Source: Candidatus Iainarchaeum sp.
GTDB lineage: Archaea; Iainarchaeota; Iainarchaeia; JAGGVJ01
Direction: 5' to 3'
DNA: 56,198 nucleotides
Assembly: GCA_021158055.1 (NCBI GenBank)
Contig: JAGGVJ010000004.1
Span: 1 to 56,198 of the forward strand
The first letter of the stretch is position 1. Each line of letters opens with the position of its first letter. Positions 19,422 through 28,680 of this stretch are shown here, piece after piece. Made by a program: the position numbers and the translations under genes. The notes beneath the pieces are model-generated. The model worked only from the letters and a program-made list of their open reading frames with translations. It ran no database searches and had not been told where the DNA came from.

Positions 19422-20162
19422 ATGATATTAGGGAAAAAAAATCAGGAAAAAAAATACGTCGACAAAGGAAAAAGACTTGACGGCAGAAAAACAGACGAAC
19501 TAAGACAGATTGACATCGAGGTCGGGGTCATTGACCAGGCTGACGGTTCAGCTTTTGTCCAGTGGGGGAAAAACAAAGTTTATGCTGCAGTTTACGGCCC
19601 AAAGGAATGCCTTCCAAGGCACACTCAAAACCCGCTTAAAGCAGTTTTGAGGTACAAATATAACATGGCGCCTTTTTCTGTAAGCGACAGGATAAGACCC
19701 GGTTACTCAAGAAGAAGCGTTGAGATATCCAAAGTTTCAAGACTTGCTCTTGAAAAAACACTGGTCTTAGAGGACTTTCCAAAAACAGCAATTGATGTTT
19801 TTGTGGAAATAATCCAGGCTGATGCAGGAAGCAGGGCTGCGGGAATAACCGCGGCAAGTGTTGCGCTTGCAGACGCAGGAATACCAATGACTGGGCTTGT
19901 AAGTGCCTGTGCGGTCGGAAAAGCCGGAGGGCACATAATTCTTGACATGACAAAAGAAGAAGAAGACGCGCCCGACGCCATTGATCTTCCGGTAGCGTAT
20001 GTTCCTGAAACAGGCGAGTTCACTCTTGTCCAGATGGACGGGGAGCTTCAAAGAAAAGACTGGGACGAACTCATAGAACTGGCTGTCAAGGGCTGTGAAA
20101 TGGTAGGGGAAAAGCAAAGGCTTGCCTTGAAAAAAAAATACGAAGGTGAAGTAAATGAGTAA
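19422..20162 (+). CDS. rrp41: Exosome exonuclease Rrp41
   Basis: RLDGRKTDELR, ADGSA, AVYGP, YNMAPFS, RRSVEISKV, QADAGSR. Confidence 0.96.
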   Translation: MILGKKNQEKKYVDKGKRLDGRKTDELRQIDIEVGVIDQADGSAFVQWGKNKVYAAVYGPKECLPRHTQNPLKAVLRYKYNMAPFSVSDRIRPGYSRRSVEISKVSRLALEKTLVLEDFPKTAIDVFVEIIQADAGSRAAGITAASVALADAGIPMTGLVSACAVGKAGGHIILDMTKEEEDAPDAIDLPVAYVPETGEFTLVQMDGELQRKDWDELIELAVKGCEMVGEKQRLALKKKYEGEVNE

Positions 20163-20940
20163 GACAAATCTTTATTGGGTAATAAAAAAAGACAGCCTTT
20201 TAGCAGACCTTTCCCATGGAAAAAGGTCAGACAAAAGAAAATTTGACGAGTACCGAAAAATAACTGTTGAAAAGGGCGTTTCAGATACAGCTGAAGGTTC
20301 TGCAATGGTCCAGATGGGAAAAACAAAAGTAATTGCAGGCGTGAAAATTTCTGTCGGCACCCCGTATCCTGACAGCCCTGACAAGGGGACCATGATGGTA
20401 AACGCTGAACTTTTGCCGCTTTCATCTCCGGATTTTGAACCCGGCTTTCCAAGCGAGGACGCAGTCGAGCTTTCAAGAGTGGTTGACAGGGGAATAAGAG
20501 AATCCCATGCAATTGATTTGGAAAAACTCTGCATCCGTGAAGGCGAACTGGTTTATTCGGTCTTCGTTGACATTGACATAATAAACTATGACGGCAACTT
20601 GTTTGATGCCTGCGAACTTGCAGGAATTGCTGCTTTGGAGGACACCAAACTCCCGAAAGTAAAGGATGAAAAAATAGTCGAAGGCGAATTCACCGGAAAA
20701 CTTCCAATCAACCACCAGCCCATTGAATGCACCTTTGCAAAAATTGGCGAGCACATATTGCTTGACCCTGACCTTGAAGAAGACAACTGCAAAGAAGCGG
20801 CTTTTACAATTGCTATAACTGAAAAAGACGTAATTTGCGCCATGCAGAAAAGGGGCTCAAAGCCGTTCACAAAAGACGAGCTTACGTCCATGATTGACAC
20901 TGCAATTAAAGAATCCAAAAAATTAAGGTCAAACTTGTAA
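20155..20940 (+). CDS. rrp42: Exosome component Rrp42
   Basis: AEGSA, PYPDSPDKG, ELSRVVDRGIRES, DGNLFDA. Confidence 0.96.
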   Translation: MSKTNLYWVIKKDSLLADLSHGKRSDKRKFDEYRKITVEKGVSDTAEGSAMVQMGKTKVIAGVKISVGTPYPDSPDKGTMMVNAELLPLSSPDFEPGFPSEDAVELSRVVDRGIRESHAIDLEKLCIREGELVYSVFVDIDIINYDGNLFDACELAGIAALEDTKLPKVKDEKIVEGEFTGKLPINHQPIECTFAKIGEHILLDPDLEEDNCKEAAFTIAITEKDVICAMQKRGSKPFTKDELTSMIDTAIKESKKLRSNL

Positions 20941-20968
20941 ATTTTTTAAAATAAACAGAGGGATCTAT

Positions 20969-21472
20969 ATGACTACAAAAAAAGTGGGCGTATCAGGAAG
21001 ATTTGGTCAAAGATATGGCCTTAAAAACAGGAAACAAGTGAAAAAAATCGAAGAAGTTGAAAGAAAACTTCATATTTGTCCGGGTTGCGGGCTTCCAAAG
21101 CTTAAAAGGACTTCAAACGCAAGATTTGAATGCAAAAAATGCGGGAAAATATTCACGGGCGGCGCATACATACCGCAGACGCTTGTCGGCAAAACCGTGA
21201 AAAGAATAATCACGCAAAAAAATGCTTCCGCTTCAGAAAAAATATTCGAGCTTGATGAAGCTGAATCAAAAGGCGATCTGGAACAAGAAGCCGAAGTCGT
21301 CGGACTCGCGCCAAAAGAAAATGAAGCAGACGAAGTCATCGGACTCCAGGCAAAAGACGAAACTGTCGGACTCGCGCCGGAAAAAGAGGAAAAGTCAGAA
21401 GATGGGAAAAAAGAAGAAACTGTCGGGCTTGTTGCTGAAGAAACCGAAACAAAAAAAAGCGAGTCTTCTTAA
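20969..21472 (+). CDS. rpl37ae: 50S ribosomal protein L37ae with a long acidic, repeat-containing C-terminal extension
   Basis: GRFGQRYG, CPGC...CKKC, FTGGAY in the first 80 or so residues, then a Glu-rich tail. Confidence 0.93.
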   Translation: MTTKKVGVSGRFGQRYGLKNRKQVKKIEEVERKLHICPGCGLPKLKRTSNARFECKKCGKIFTGGAYIPQTLVGKTVKRIITQKNASASEKIFELDEAESKGDLEQEAEVVGLAPKENEADEVIGLQAKDETVGLAPEKEEKSEDGKKEETVGLVAEETETKKSESS

Positions 21473-21484
21473 AGGTGATGCCAA

Positions 21485-21616
21485 ATGTATATTTGCGGAA
21501 CATGTAAAAAGGAAATTAATGACCTGCCTCAGGGCTCAACAAAGTGCCAGTTTTGCGGGGGAAGAATCCTTTTCAAGCAAAGGCCTCCAGTAGTAAAAAC
21601 CCTGAAGGCAAGATAA
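21485..21616 (+). CDS. rpoP: RNA polymerase subunit P (Rpo12)
   Basis: Manual translation MYICGTCKKEINDLPQGSTKCQFCGGRILFKQRPPVVKTLKAR (43 aa, too short for the ORF track); AGGTGA RBS; conserved operon position. Confidence 0.93.
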   Translation: MYICGTCKKEINDLPQGSTKCQFCGGRILFKQRPPVVKTLKAR

Positions 21617-21653
21617 TCAACAGACTACAAAAGAAAATCTGCAAACTGATAAA

Positions 21654-22172
21654 ATGGGAGTCATAATTACAACTTCAAGGTCCCCAAAGCGAAAAACCAG
21701 GGCTTTTTCAAGAGAACTTGCAAAAATGGCTCCAGACGCAGAGTATAAAACACGGGGCAAGCAAAACATTGATTCCCTCATTGCCTTTGCCAGAAAAAAC
21801 GGCAAATCAAGAGTTCTTATTGTTTCCGAACGACACGGTGAAGCGTCAAAAATAGAAACCGCTGAAGTCAGTGAAAAGAACTGGGTGTGGGTAAAGGAAG
21901 TTTTCAGCATAAAAAACGTGAAGCTTCAAAAAGAGTTGTGCGGTTTCAAGACAAATGCCGTTTCAGAAGACATTGACATAACCGGTTCAAAGCTGCTTGT
22001 CAAACTGCTGTCAGGCATACTCAACGTGAAGCCCGCAAAAGACAGTGAAATTGCCTGGAAGCAAAAAAAGAACCTGATCTGCGTTTATAAAAATAATGAA
22101 GCCGTCGGGCCTTCGTTTATGATCCACAGCATAAAGGACGGGGAAACAAATGAATCAATCGCTTTCAATTGA
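21654..22172 (+). CDS. Brix/Imp4-domain ribosome biogenesis protein
   Basis: IITTSRSPKRKTRAFSREL, RGK, VSERHGEA, VGP; conserved operon position. Confidence 0.85.
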   Translation: MGVIITTSRSPKRKTRAFSRELAKMAPDAEYKTRGKQNIDSLIAFARKNGKSRVLIVSERHGEASKIETAEVSEKNWVWVKEVFSIKNVKLQKELCGFKTNAVSEDIDITGSKLLVKLLSGILNVKPAKDSEIAWKQKKNLICVYKNNEAVGPSFMIHSIKDGETNESIAFN

Positions 22173-22413
22173 ATTTGATTTCGACAACGAAAAGTTGTGC
22201 AAAGCGGTTGAAAAAAGCGTTGGCTTGACTTCAAAAAGAAAAAAAATGAGGTCAAGTTCAAACGTAAAACGCGCGGGAAAAACCCTTTCAGTGAAAATCG
22301 ACGCAAAAGACAAAACAGCACTTAGGGCAGCCGCAAATTCAATGCTGCGCTGGGTGAGCATGGTCGAAGACATTTCAACGTTAATAAACAGCTTTAAAAT
22401 ACATACTCAATAA
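22150..22413 (+). CDS. pcc1: KEOPS complex subunit Pcc1
   Basis: IDAKDKTALRAAANSMLRW. Confidence 0.9.
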   Translation: MNQSLSIEFDFDNEKLCKAVEKSVGLTSKRKKMRSSSNVKRAGKTLSVKIDAKDKTALRAAANSMLRWVSMVEDISTLINSFKIHTQ

Positions 22414-22426
22414 CAGGGTGAATACT

Positions 22427-22795
22427 ATGGAAAATGAAAACACGGGAAATATACCAGGACAACTGCAGGAGCAAATCAACCAGTTCAGGCAGGTTCAAAT
22501 GCAATTGCAATCGGTTTCTTACCAGCTGCAGCAAACAAAACTTCAGCAGGATTTATCTGAAAAAGCAATCACAGAACTTGAAAAAAAAGACACGGGAGAT
22601 GTCTTCAAGTCTGTCGGGGGAATCCTTATTTCCTGCGACAGCAAAGAAGTCTTGGACGAGCTGAAGGAAAAAACAGAGACTCTTTCGGCAAGAACAGAAT
22701 CTCTTGAAAAGCAAAACGAAAGAATTTCACTTAAACTGGCCAGCATGAAAAAAGAAATCGAGTCAAAAATGGCAGCAGGTAAAGACAGTGAATAG
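22427..22795 (+). CDS. pfdB: Prefoldin beta subunit
   Basis: IPGQLQEQINQF coiled coil, VFKSVGGILI hairpin; GGTGA RBS. Confidence 0.93.
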   Translation: MENENTGNIPGQLQEQINQFRQVQMQLQSVSYQLQQTKLQQDLSEKAITELEKKDTGDVFKSVGGILISCDSKEVLDELKEKTETLSARTESLEKQNERISLKLASMKKEIESKMAAGKDSE

Positions 22796-23810
22796 CATTA
22801 CTTCGTTTATAAAATCGTTTCCCGGCGGAAAAGTGATTGTTTTAGGCCACAAGAACGCTGACGTAGACGCGGTTTCAAGTGTTTCTGCGCTTTCGTTTGT
22901 TCTTGAAAAATACAATCCGTCAATCAAGGCAGTTCCTTCAATAGCTGATGACGCAAACCTGCTTTCAATGCATCTGGTTGAAGAATTCGGCTTGTCCATA
23001 AATTTTTTGAAGTCTTTTGGCGATGCGAAAGCTGTTTTTGTGCTTGACTCAAGTTCAGTTGACATGCTTGGAACACTCAAAAAAGAATTGCTTAATTTCA
23101 AGGGTCCTGTTATAATGATTGACCACCATGCCAGAAAAGATGAAATGGTCTCTTTAATGACTCATTGCTGGACAGACGAATCTTTTACTTCAACTGCCGA
23201 AATGATTTACGAAATCTCAAAAGACCTTGACGTGAAACTGTCAAAAAACATCCTGAGTTTTATTGCAGCTGCCATAATGACTGATTCTGCAAATTTCATG
23301 GCTGCGAGTTCAGGAACATTTCGGAGAATTGCAGAAGTTCTTGAGGAGAGAAACATTAAATACCGGGACATTCTCTCAACAATGGTTATCCCAAGCGATG
23401 TTTCTCAAAAAATAGCCAAGTTAAAAGGAGCAAGAAGAAGCAAGATATACCGTGTCGGTGATTTTATAATTGCAACAAGCAAAGTCAGTTCTTTTGAATC
23501 ATCGGTTGCCGGTTCTCTTTTGAAAATCGGGGCAGATGTTTCTTTTGTTGTCGCAGAAGAAAAAAAGGAAATCCGCCTGAGTGCAAGAGCCACCCCTTCT
23601 TTTATCAAAGCAACTTCCATTAACCTGGGAAAGGACATCATGCCTGAAATTGAAGAAATAATTTCCGGTTCAGGCGGGGGACACGCCGGCGCAGCAGGAG
23701 CAAACGGGTCAAACCCGAAGTCTGCTGACAAAGCTCTTGAAAAATGCATTGAAAAAACAATTGAGATAATCCAGAAAACAGATGTGAAAGCAACAAAGGT
23801 CAGTTACTGA
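22788..23810 (+). CDS. DHH/DHHA1 phosphoesterase (NrnA-like)
   Basis: GHKNADVD, IDHH, TSTAEM, MTDS, GGGHAGAAG; usual last gene of this superoperon. Confidence 0.9.
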   Translation: MNSITSFIKSFPGGKVIVLGHKNADVDAVSSVSALSFVLEKYNPSIKAVPSIADDANLLSMHLVEEFGLSINFLKSFGDAKAVFVLDSSSVDMLGTLKKELLNFKGPVIMIDHHARKDEMVSLMTHCWTDESFTSTAEMIYEISKDLDVKLSKNILSFIAAAIMTDSANFMAASSGTFRRIAEVLEERNIKYRDILSTMVIPSDVSQKIAKLKGARRSKIYRVGDFIIATSKVSSFESSVAGSLLKIGADVSFVVAEEKKEIRLSARATPSFIKATSINLGKDIMPEIEEIISGSGGGHAGAAGANGSNPKSADKALEKCIEKTIEIIQKTDVKATKVSY

Positions 23811-23870
23811 ACACTGATTAACCGTATGCTGCCCAAAAAACCATTTTGAGATTTTAAGATATCCCGAATG

Positions 23871-24109
23871 TCAGATAATTTCTGTCCTTTCAAAAAACTG
23901 AATTTTAACCAGGTCATAGAGAGCCGAGGAAACAAAAACCATCTGAAGCACAATAAATATGATATCTCCAATAAAAATGCTGTACGTCGCTAAAAAAGCC
24001 CTCCGAAAACATAGTAAATGTCTTCAGTTTTTCTTTTTTTAACCAGTATCCCAATGGAAATAAATATGATTCCAAAAGCGCCAATAAGCTTGAAAAAAAG
24101 GTCAATCAT
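23871..24109 (-). pseudogene. Small 3-TM membrane protein (about 79 aa) split by a -1 frameshift in a T6 run
   Basis: MIDLFFKLIGAFGIIFISIGILVKKRKTEDIYYVFGGLF then TAG at 23992-23990. The -1 frame continues LATYSIFIGDIIFIVLQMVFVSSALYDLVKIQFFERTEII to TGA at 23873-23871. Confidence 0.75.
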
Positions 24110-24163
24110 AACACCAACTCATCCTGAAAACCATAACATCAATCTACCTTAAAAACCATTACA

Positions 24164-24898
24164 TCAGCTTATTCTCAGCGGTGCTGAGTAAACTTTTATT
24201 TTGGAGTTGAGTTCTGTAAGAGTTATATTATACTTGTTTGAAATCTCAACCGCTGAGTTGAGAGGCGTTTTCGTGCAAACAACAATGGGTATCCCAAGCC
24301 TGCAGCATTTCAAGATAAGTTCTCCTTTCGGAGTGTAGTTTGCCAAAAGAAAACTTCTTCGAAAATCAAATTTTTCAAGAATCGCCTTGCCCACGACTTT
24401 GCTGAAAGCCATGTTTTCGTTGGTGTCCTCTGCAATGAACTCGTTTCCGTTTGCATCAAAAAGGCCGTTTGAATAAACTGAAGACACGTTTTTGCTCAGC
24501 GAAGAACGATCAAAAAGAACTTTGCGTTTTTTGAATATCATGTCTTTGTCAAGCCTGAAGTTGCATTGAAGCTGTTCTAATTTTGAGTATTTTTCAAGCA
24601 GGTATTCTTCAGTGATGCTGTCCATCCTGAAATCAAGCTCAGGCCCTGCTTTAATGTTTATGTCTCCTTTTCCGACAGACACGCTTTCAATTTCATTGAC
24701 ATCGTCAAGGTAACCCTCTGTTACCAGGTGGCCGATCGCCGCCTGTTTCAAAAGATACGGCGTTACATCTATATCGCATACAAACTTGCCGTTGACATAA
24801 ATCGAGATTATTGAATCAACAGCAATTGAAGACCAGTCAGTTCCCTTGTTTCCTTTGTCGTCAAACAAGGTTACTTTTACCCCTTTAGTGGTTTCCAT
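24164..24898 (-). CDS. Degenerate FdhD/NarQ-family protein
   Basis: ISIYVNG...TPYLLKQAAIGHLVTEG, AEDTNENMAFSKVVG, ELILKCCRLGIPIVV, AVEISNKYNITL, VYSAPLRI follow the FdhD layout; the CGxC motif is absent. Confidence 0.8.
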   Translation of the reverse strand: METTKGVKVTLFDDKGNKGTDWSSIAVDSIISIYVNGKFVCDIDVTPYLLKQAAIGHLVTEGYLDDVNEIESVSVGKGDINIKAGPELDFRMDSITEEYLLEKYSKLEQLQCNFRLDKDMIFKKRKVLFDRSSLSKNVSSVYSNGLFDANGNEFIAEDTNENMAFSKVVGKAILEKFDFRRSFLLANYTPKGELILKCCRLGIPIVVCTKTPLNSAVEISNKYNITLTELNSKIKVYSAPLRIS

Positions 24899-24950
24899 TT
24901 TTCCCCCGTTTATTATATGTTGTTTTTGCTTATTAATCGTTTCTGGAACA

Positions 24951-26078
24951 TTACTTTAAACAACTGTCAAGGTTTTTAAAAAACCTGTCAATATCAGTTT
25001 TCACAATGGTCCCTCCTGCAGCGTAAGGATGGCCTCCCCCGAACCCATCAAGCCCATGCATTGCTGAATGCACCACTTTCCCGCAGTCAAACTCTCCCGA
25101 GCTGTTCCTTACGCTCATGTTTATTTTCTCAGGGTATTTGTCGCTTTGACTGCACACAACCACAAGATAGTCCAGATATTTTGCTGCCACAACACTTGCA
25201 ATTGTTCTTGATCCCTCGCTTTGCTTCATGTTGAGCACAACAATTTTGGCGGAAAGCTTTTTTGCCCCTGCAACTTCACTGCTTACACTATCGTAAAGAA
25301 CCATTTTTTTGTTCTGGAACATCTCAAAAAGATTTTCAAACCGGTGTTTTTCAGAAAGAAACAAAAGAGGGTTTTTTTGCGCAACGGATTCGTCAATAAG
25401 CCTGAAGACTTCGTCTTCGTACTCCTTTGATTTCAAAAAATGATTAAAGTCTACTATCCCCACAAGGTCGTCTGCCAAGGGATTCAGACCGTCTGTACGC
25501 ATGAACCCAAATTCTTTTCCAAGTGCTTCTTTCAGCGCACTGTTCTTGTCAAACATCCAGTCTGCCCTTGACCCAATTGCAGCAACCCATGAAAGCCCGC
25601 TTACGTCCCCGGCAAGAGAGCAAAGATAATACGCAAGGTAAGCGCATGCAAATACCTGGGAATCATCTTCTGTAAAAGTCCTCGGGTCAAAAAGAGTTAT
25701 GTAATCGCTTTGAATCGGAATCCTGTTGTGATGGTCTATCACAAGGACTTCCTTAATTCCGCGAAACTGCTTAACAAAGTCAGTTAATTTTCCCTGAACA
25801 GGAAAATCAGCCATGATTATTTTTGTCGGCCTGAATTCTTCAAAAACCGACATGGTCTCCTGAGCAGGACCTGCTCTTTCAGCGTCAAAAAGAACCCGCC
25901 TTTTCCACGGAACTTTTTTTCTTTTAAGAAACTCGCAAAGGATTGCAATGGAACACACCCCGTCACCGTCGCCGTGCCCGAGAACAAGAATCCTGTCCTT
26001 TTCGCATGCGTTTTTCAAAAAAGCCACTGCCTTTTTTTCTGCCTCTTCGCCTGCCCCTTTTTTAAAACCAACAACCAT
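24951..26078 (-). CDS. DHH/DHHA1 phosphoesterase (RecJ-like)
   Basis: GHGDGDG, MADF, IDHH, IGSRADW, MSVR, GGGHPYAAG. Confidence 0.88.
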   Translation of the reverse strand: MVVGFKKGAGEEAEKKAVAFLKNACEKDRILVLGHGDGDGVCSIAILCEFLKRKKVPWKRRVLFDAERAGPAQETMSVFEEFRPTKIIMADFPVQGKLTDFVKQFRGIKEVLVIDHHNRIPIQSDYITLFDPRTFTEDDSQVFACAYLAYYLCSLAGDVSGLSWVAAIGSRADWMFDKNSALKEALGKEFGFMRTDGLNPLADDLVGIVDFNHFLKSKEYEDEVFRLIDESVAQKNPLLFLSEKHRFENLFEMFQNKKMVLYDSVSSEVAGAKKLSAKIVVLNMKQSEGSRTIASVVAAKYLDYLVVVCSQSDKYPEKINMSVRNSSGEFDCGKVVHSAMHGLDGFGGGHPYAAGGTIVKTDIDRFFKNLDSCLK

Positions 26079-26100
26079 AAAAACACCACTAAACAAACAA

Positions 26101-26181
26101 AATTACATATATTAGTTGATAATTACATATATTAATTGATATATTGATACAAATATTAATACACGTGATTAATACAACGTG
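26101..26181. repeat. Two adjacent short tandem duplications
   Basis: aattacatatattagttgat/aattacatatattaattgat (26101-26140) and attaatacacgtg/attaatacaacgtg (26155-26181). Confidence 0.85.
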
Positions 26182-26231
26182 AAACAATAAATGGGTTGCG
26201 AAACCACAGGAATCTTCAGCTAAACAGCCTT

Positions 26232-26528
26232 TCAGCTGTTGTTTCTTTTTCCGGTTTCGTGAACGTGTCCTTCTTGCCACAAAGCAAGTTCGTCTTCAAT
26301 GGTTTTCGAATTTCTCTTCCCCTTTTTGTTCTCGTCTTTTGTTTTTTCCAGGTAAACCTCTTTTTGTTCTATTTGTTTTTTAAATTTTTTCAAACGGAAA
26401 CTTTTTCTGATAAAAAGCAGGATGAACCCAATGAGCATGATGCAGATAAACCCCAGCAGATGCCCTGAAAATTCTTCCATGAAAGAATTTAATCCAACCA
26501 AATCATGTATTAAAAAAACAAACTCCAT
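26232..26528 (-). CDS. Hypothetical single-TM protein
   Basis: 98-aa ORF with one TM followed by a basic coiled segment. Confidence 0.55.
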   Translation of the reverse strand: MEFVFLIHDLVGLNSFMEEFSGHLLGFICIMLIGFILLFIRKSFRLKKFKKQIEQKEVYLEKTKDENKKGKRNSKTIEDELALWQEGHVHETGKRNNS

Positions 26529-26664
26529 AACTATTTCCTGCCATTGACTTTTATTATTTCGCGCAGCAATGGTTATTAAAGCAAATGTCTTTCAGAATAA
26601 AAAACTATTGAGCGCATGGTCTGATAAGGGAAATTTATTATATTGCCTCGAGTTTATTGATTTC

Positions 26665-27681
26665 ATGGTCTCTGAAATAATCACAATGGGCTCGGCAACA
26701 GTTGACATGATTGTCACGTCACCTGATGCCAAATTCATGGAAATTGAAGGAAAACTTTCAGAAAGCAGGTTTCTTTGCCTTGAACTCGGGGACAAGCTCC
26801 TCGTGGACAAAATCAGATACGAAAGCGGCGGCGGAGCAACAAACACTGCAGTGGCACTGACACGCCTTGGAAGAAAGACCACGCCAATACTGAAAATGGG
26901 AAACGATTTGCACGCAGGGTTTATCCTTGAAGACCTTAAAAAAAACAAGGTCGACTGCTCGCAGATAATCCCTGAAAAAGGCCCCTGCGGCTTTTCAGTC
27001 ATAATCCTAAGCCCTAGGCATGACCGCGTTATCCTAACATACAAAGGGCAAAACGACCAGCTTGAAAAAAAAGACCTGAACAAAAGCCTGATAAAAGAAA
27101 CCCCCCTGATGTACCAGTCATCTTTGACAGGGAATGCTTTCAAGACAGGTGCTTTTGCCGCAGGACTGGCCCGTAAAAGCGGAAACACCGTCATGTACAA
27201 CCCCAGCCTTTACCTGACAGAACTTGGCTACAAAAAAATCAAGCCCATAATAACCAACACTGACATCCTGATAATGAACAAAGAAGAAGCAAGAGTTCTT
27301 CTTGGAATTCCTGTCAACCTGAAAAAAAACTTCATAAACGAAATGCTTTGCGACCTGAAAAGCTTCGGACCGCAGATGGTCATTATCACAGACGGAAGCA
27401 AAGGAGCTTACGCTTTCGACGGCTCGGCAAAATACTCCATACCGACAATGAACATGGAAATAACTGATACAACCGGTGTCGGTGACGCGTTTGGAGCAGG
27501 GTTTTTTGACTGTTACTCAAGAACCGAAAACACTGAAAAATCCCTTAAATGGGCGCTTTGTGTCGCCTCATGCAAACTGAAAAAATCCGGGGCAAAACAA
27601 GGCCTTCCGACAAAAAGACAGGCAATCGAGTTTATGAAAAAAACCAAGAAAATTAACGTGAAAAAAGAAAAGATACCCTGA
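26665..27681 (+). CDS. PfkB-family carbohydrate/nucleoside kinase
   Basis: GSATVD, GGGATNTAV, NKEEA, ITDGSKG, DTTGVGDAF. Confidence 0.92.
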   Translation: MVSEIITMGSATVDMIVTSPDAKFMEIEGKLSESRFLCLELGDKLLVDKIRYESGGGATNTAVALTRLGRKTTPILKMGNDLHAGFILEDLKKNKVDCSQIIPEKGPCGFSVIILSPRHDRVILTYKGQNDQLEKKDLNKSLIKETPLMYQSSLTGNAFKTGAFAAGLARKSGNTVMYNPSLYLTELGYKKIKPIITNTDILIMNKEEARVLLGIPVNLKKNFINEMLCDLKSFGPQMVIITDGSKGAYAFDGSAKYSIPTMNMEITDTTGVGDAFGAGFFDCYSRTENTEKSLKWALCVASCKLKKSGAKQGLPTKRQAIEFMKKTKKINVKKEKIP

Positions 27682-27715
27682 TAAAAACAAGTATTAACTT
27701 TAATGCGGTGTTGAA

Positions 27716-28648
27716 TTGCCATTTGATGTAATATGTGTCGGAGACGCGAACGTTGACCTCATAACCCAGTTAAGCAGCATGCCTGATTTTGAAACAGAAA
27801 CAAAACCAAGCGGGTTTGTGTTGTCTCCCGGCGGAAACGCCTGCAATTCGTCTTTTGCTTTTGCAAGGGCAGGGTTAAAAACCGCCCTTGTTTCAAGAAT
27901 CGGAGACGACTTGTTTGGAACGTTTCTTCTTAAAGAATTCAAAAAATTCAAAATCGACCCCTCGTTCATTGAAAAAACAAGCCTGGAAAAAACAGGGTTT
28001 TCCCAGATTTTTGACGTTGAAGGCAAAAAAGCAATTGTTTCAGACAAAGGCGCTTCAAGACACCTGACCTTGAAAAATTTGCCGAAAAAATATGTCCTTT
28101 CCTCAAAAGTGCTTTACCTTGGCGGATATTTTCACCTGCCTGCATTTCAAAAAGAATTCCCGAAGTTTCTGCAGAGGATAACAAAACTGAAAAAAACACC
28201 TTTTGTATGCTTTGACACCTGCTTTGACGAAAACAACAAATGGATGGACGCACTGGAACCGTTGCTGCCTCACATTGACTTATTGTTCACAAACTCAAAC
28301 GAACTTCAATACCTTACAGAAGAACGGGAGTTTCGCGCGGGTGCAAAAGCGCTTGTTTCCGCGGGTGCAAAAACTGTAATCGTAAAACTCGGAAAACAAG
28401 GGTCTGCGTGTTTCAGGCAAAATTCAGAATTTTACGAAAAAGCCCCTGCAGTGACAGAAATAGACGGAACAAGCACCGGGGACGCGTTCAACGCAGGATT
28501 CACTGCCGGAACCCTAAACAACTTATCAACGAAACAATGCCTTGCCCTTGGAAATTTCATGGGGAGCCGCGTCGCAACAGGACTTGGCTCAATCAACGGT
28601 CTGCCGTCGAAAAAAGAAATAACTGGCTTTATAAAAAAAGATTATTGA
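27716..28648 (+). CDS. PfkB-family carbohydrate/nucleoside kinase
   Basis: GDANVD, GGNACN, IGDDLFG, VKLGKQG, DGTSTGDAF; TTG start. Confidence 0.92.
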   Translation: MPFDVICVGDANVDLITQLSSMPDFETETKPSGFVLSPGGNACNSSFAFARAGLKTALVSRIGDDLFGTFLLKEFKKFKIDPSFIEKTSLEKTGFSQIFDVEGKKAIVSDKGASRHLTLKNLPKKYVLSSKVLYLGGYFHLPAFQKEFPKFLQRITKLKKTPFVCFDTCFDENNKWMDALEPLLPHIDLLFTNSNELQYLTEEREFRAGAKALVSAGAKTVIVKLGKQGSACFRQNSEFYEKAPAVTEIDGTSTGDAFNAGFTAGTLNNLSTKQCLALGNFMGSRVATGLGSINGLPSKKEITGFIKKDY

Positions 28649-28680
28649 AAAATTGACAAAAATAATCTGGACGTGTTTTT

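Noticed and set aside
21222-21593. 123-aa plus-strand ORF
   Set aside because: It overlaps rpl37ae and rpoP out of frame; rpoP (21485-21616) explains the region.
23914-24105. 63-aa minus-strand ORF
   Set aside because: It is the third frame of the frameshifted membrane-protein gene; the other two frames give a coherent protein.
26089-26280. ORF with CINICINISINIC repeats
   Set aside because: Produced by AT-rich intergenic tandem duplications; no coding signal.
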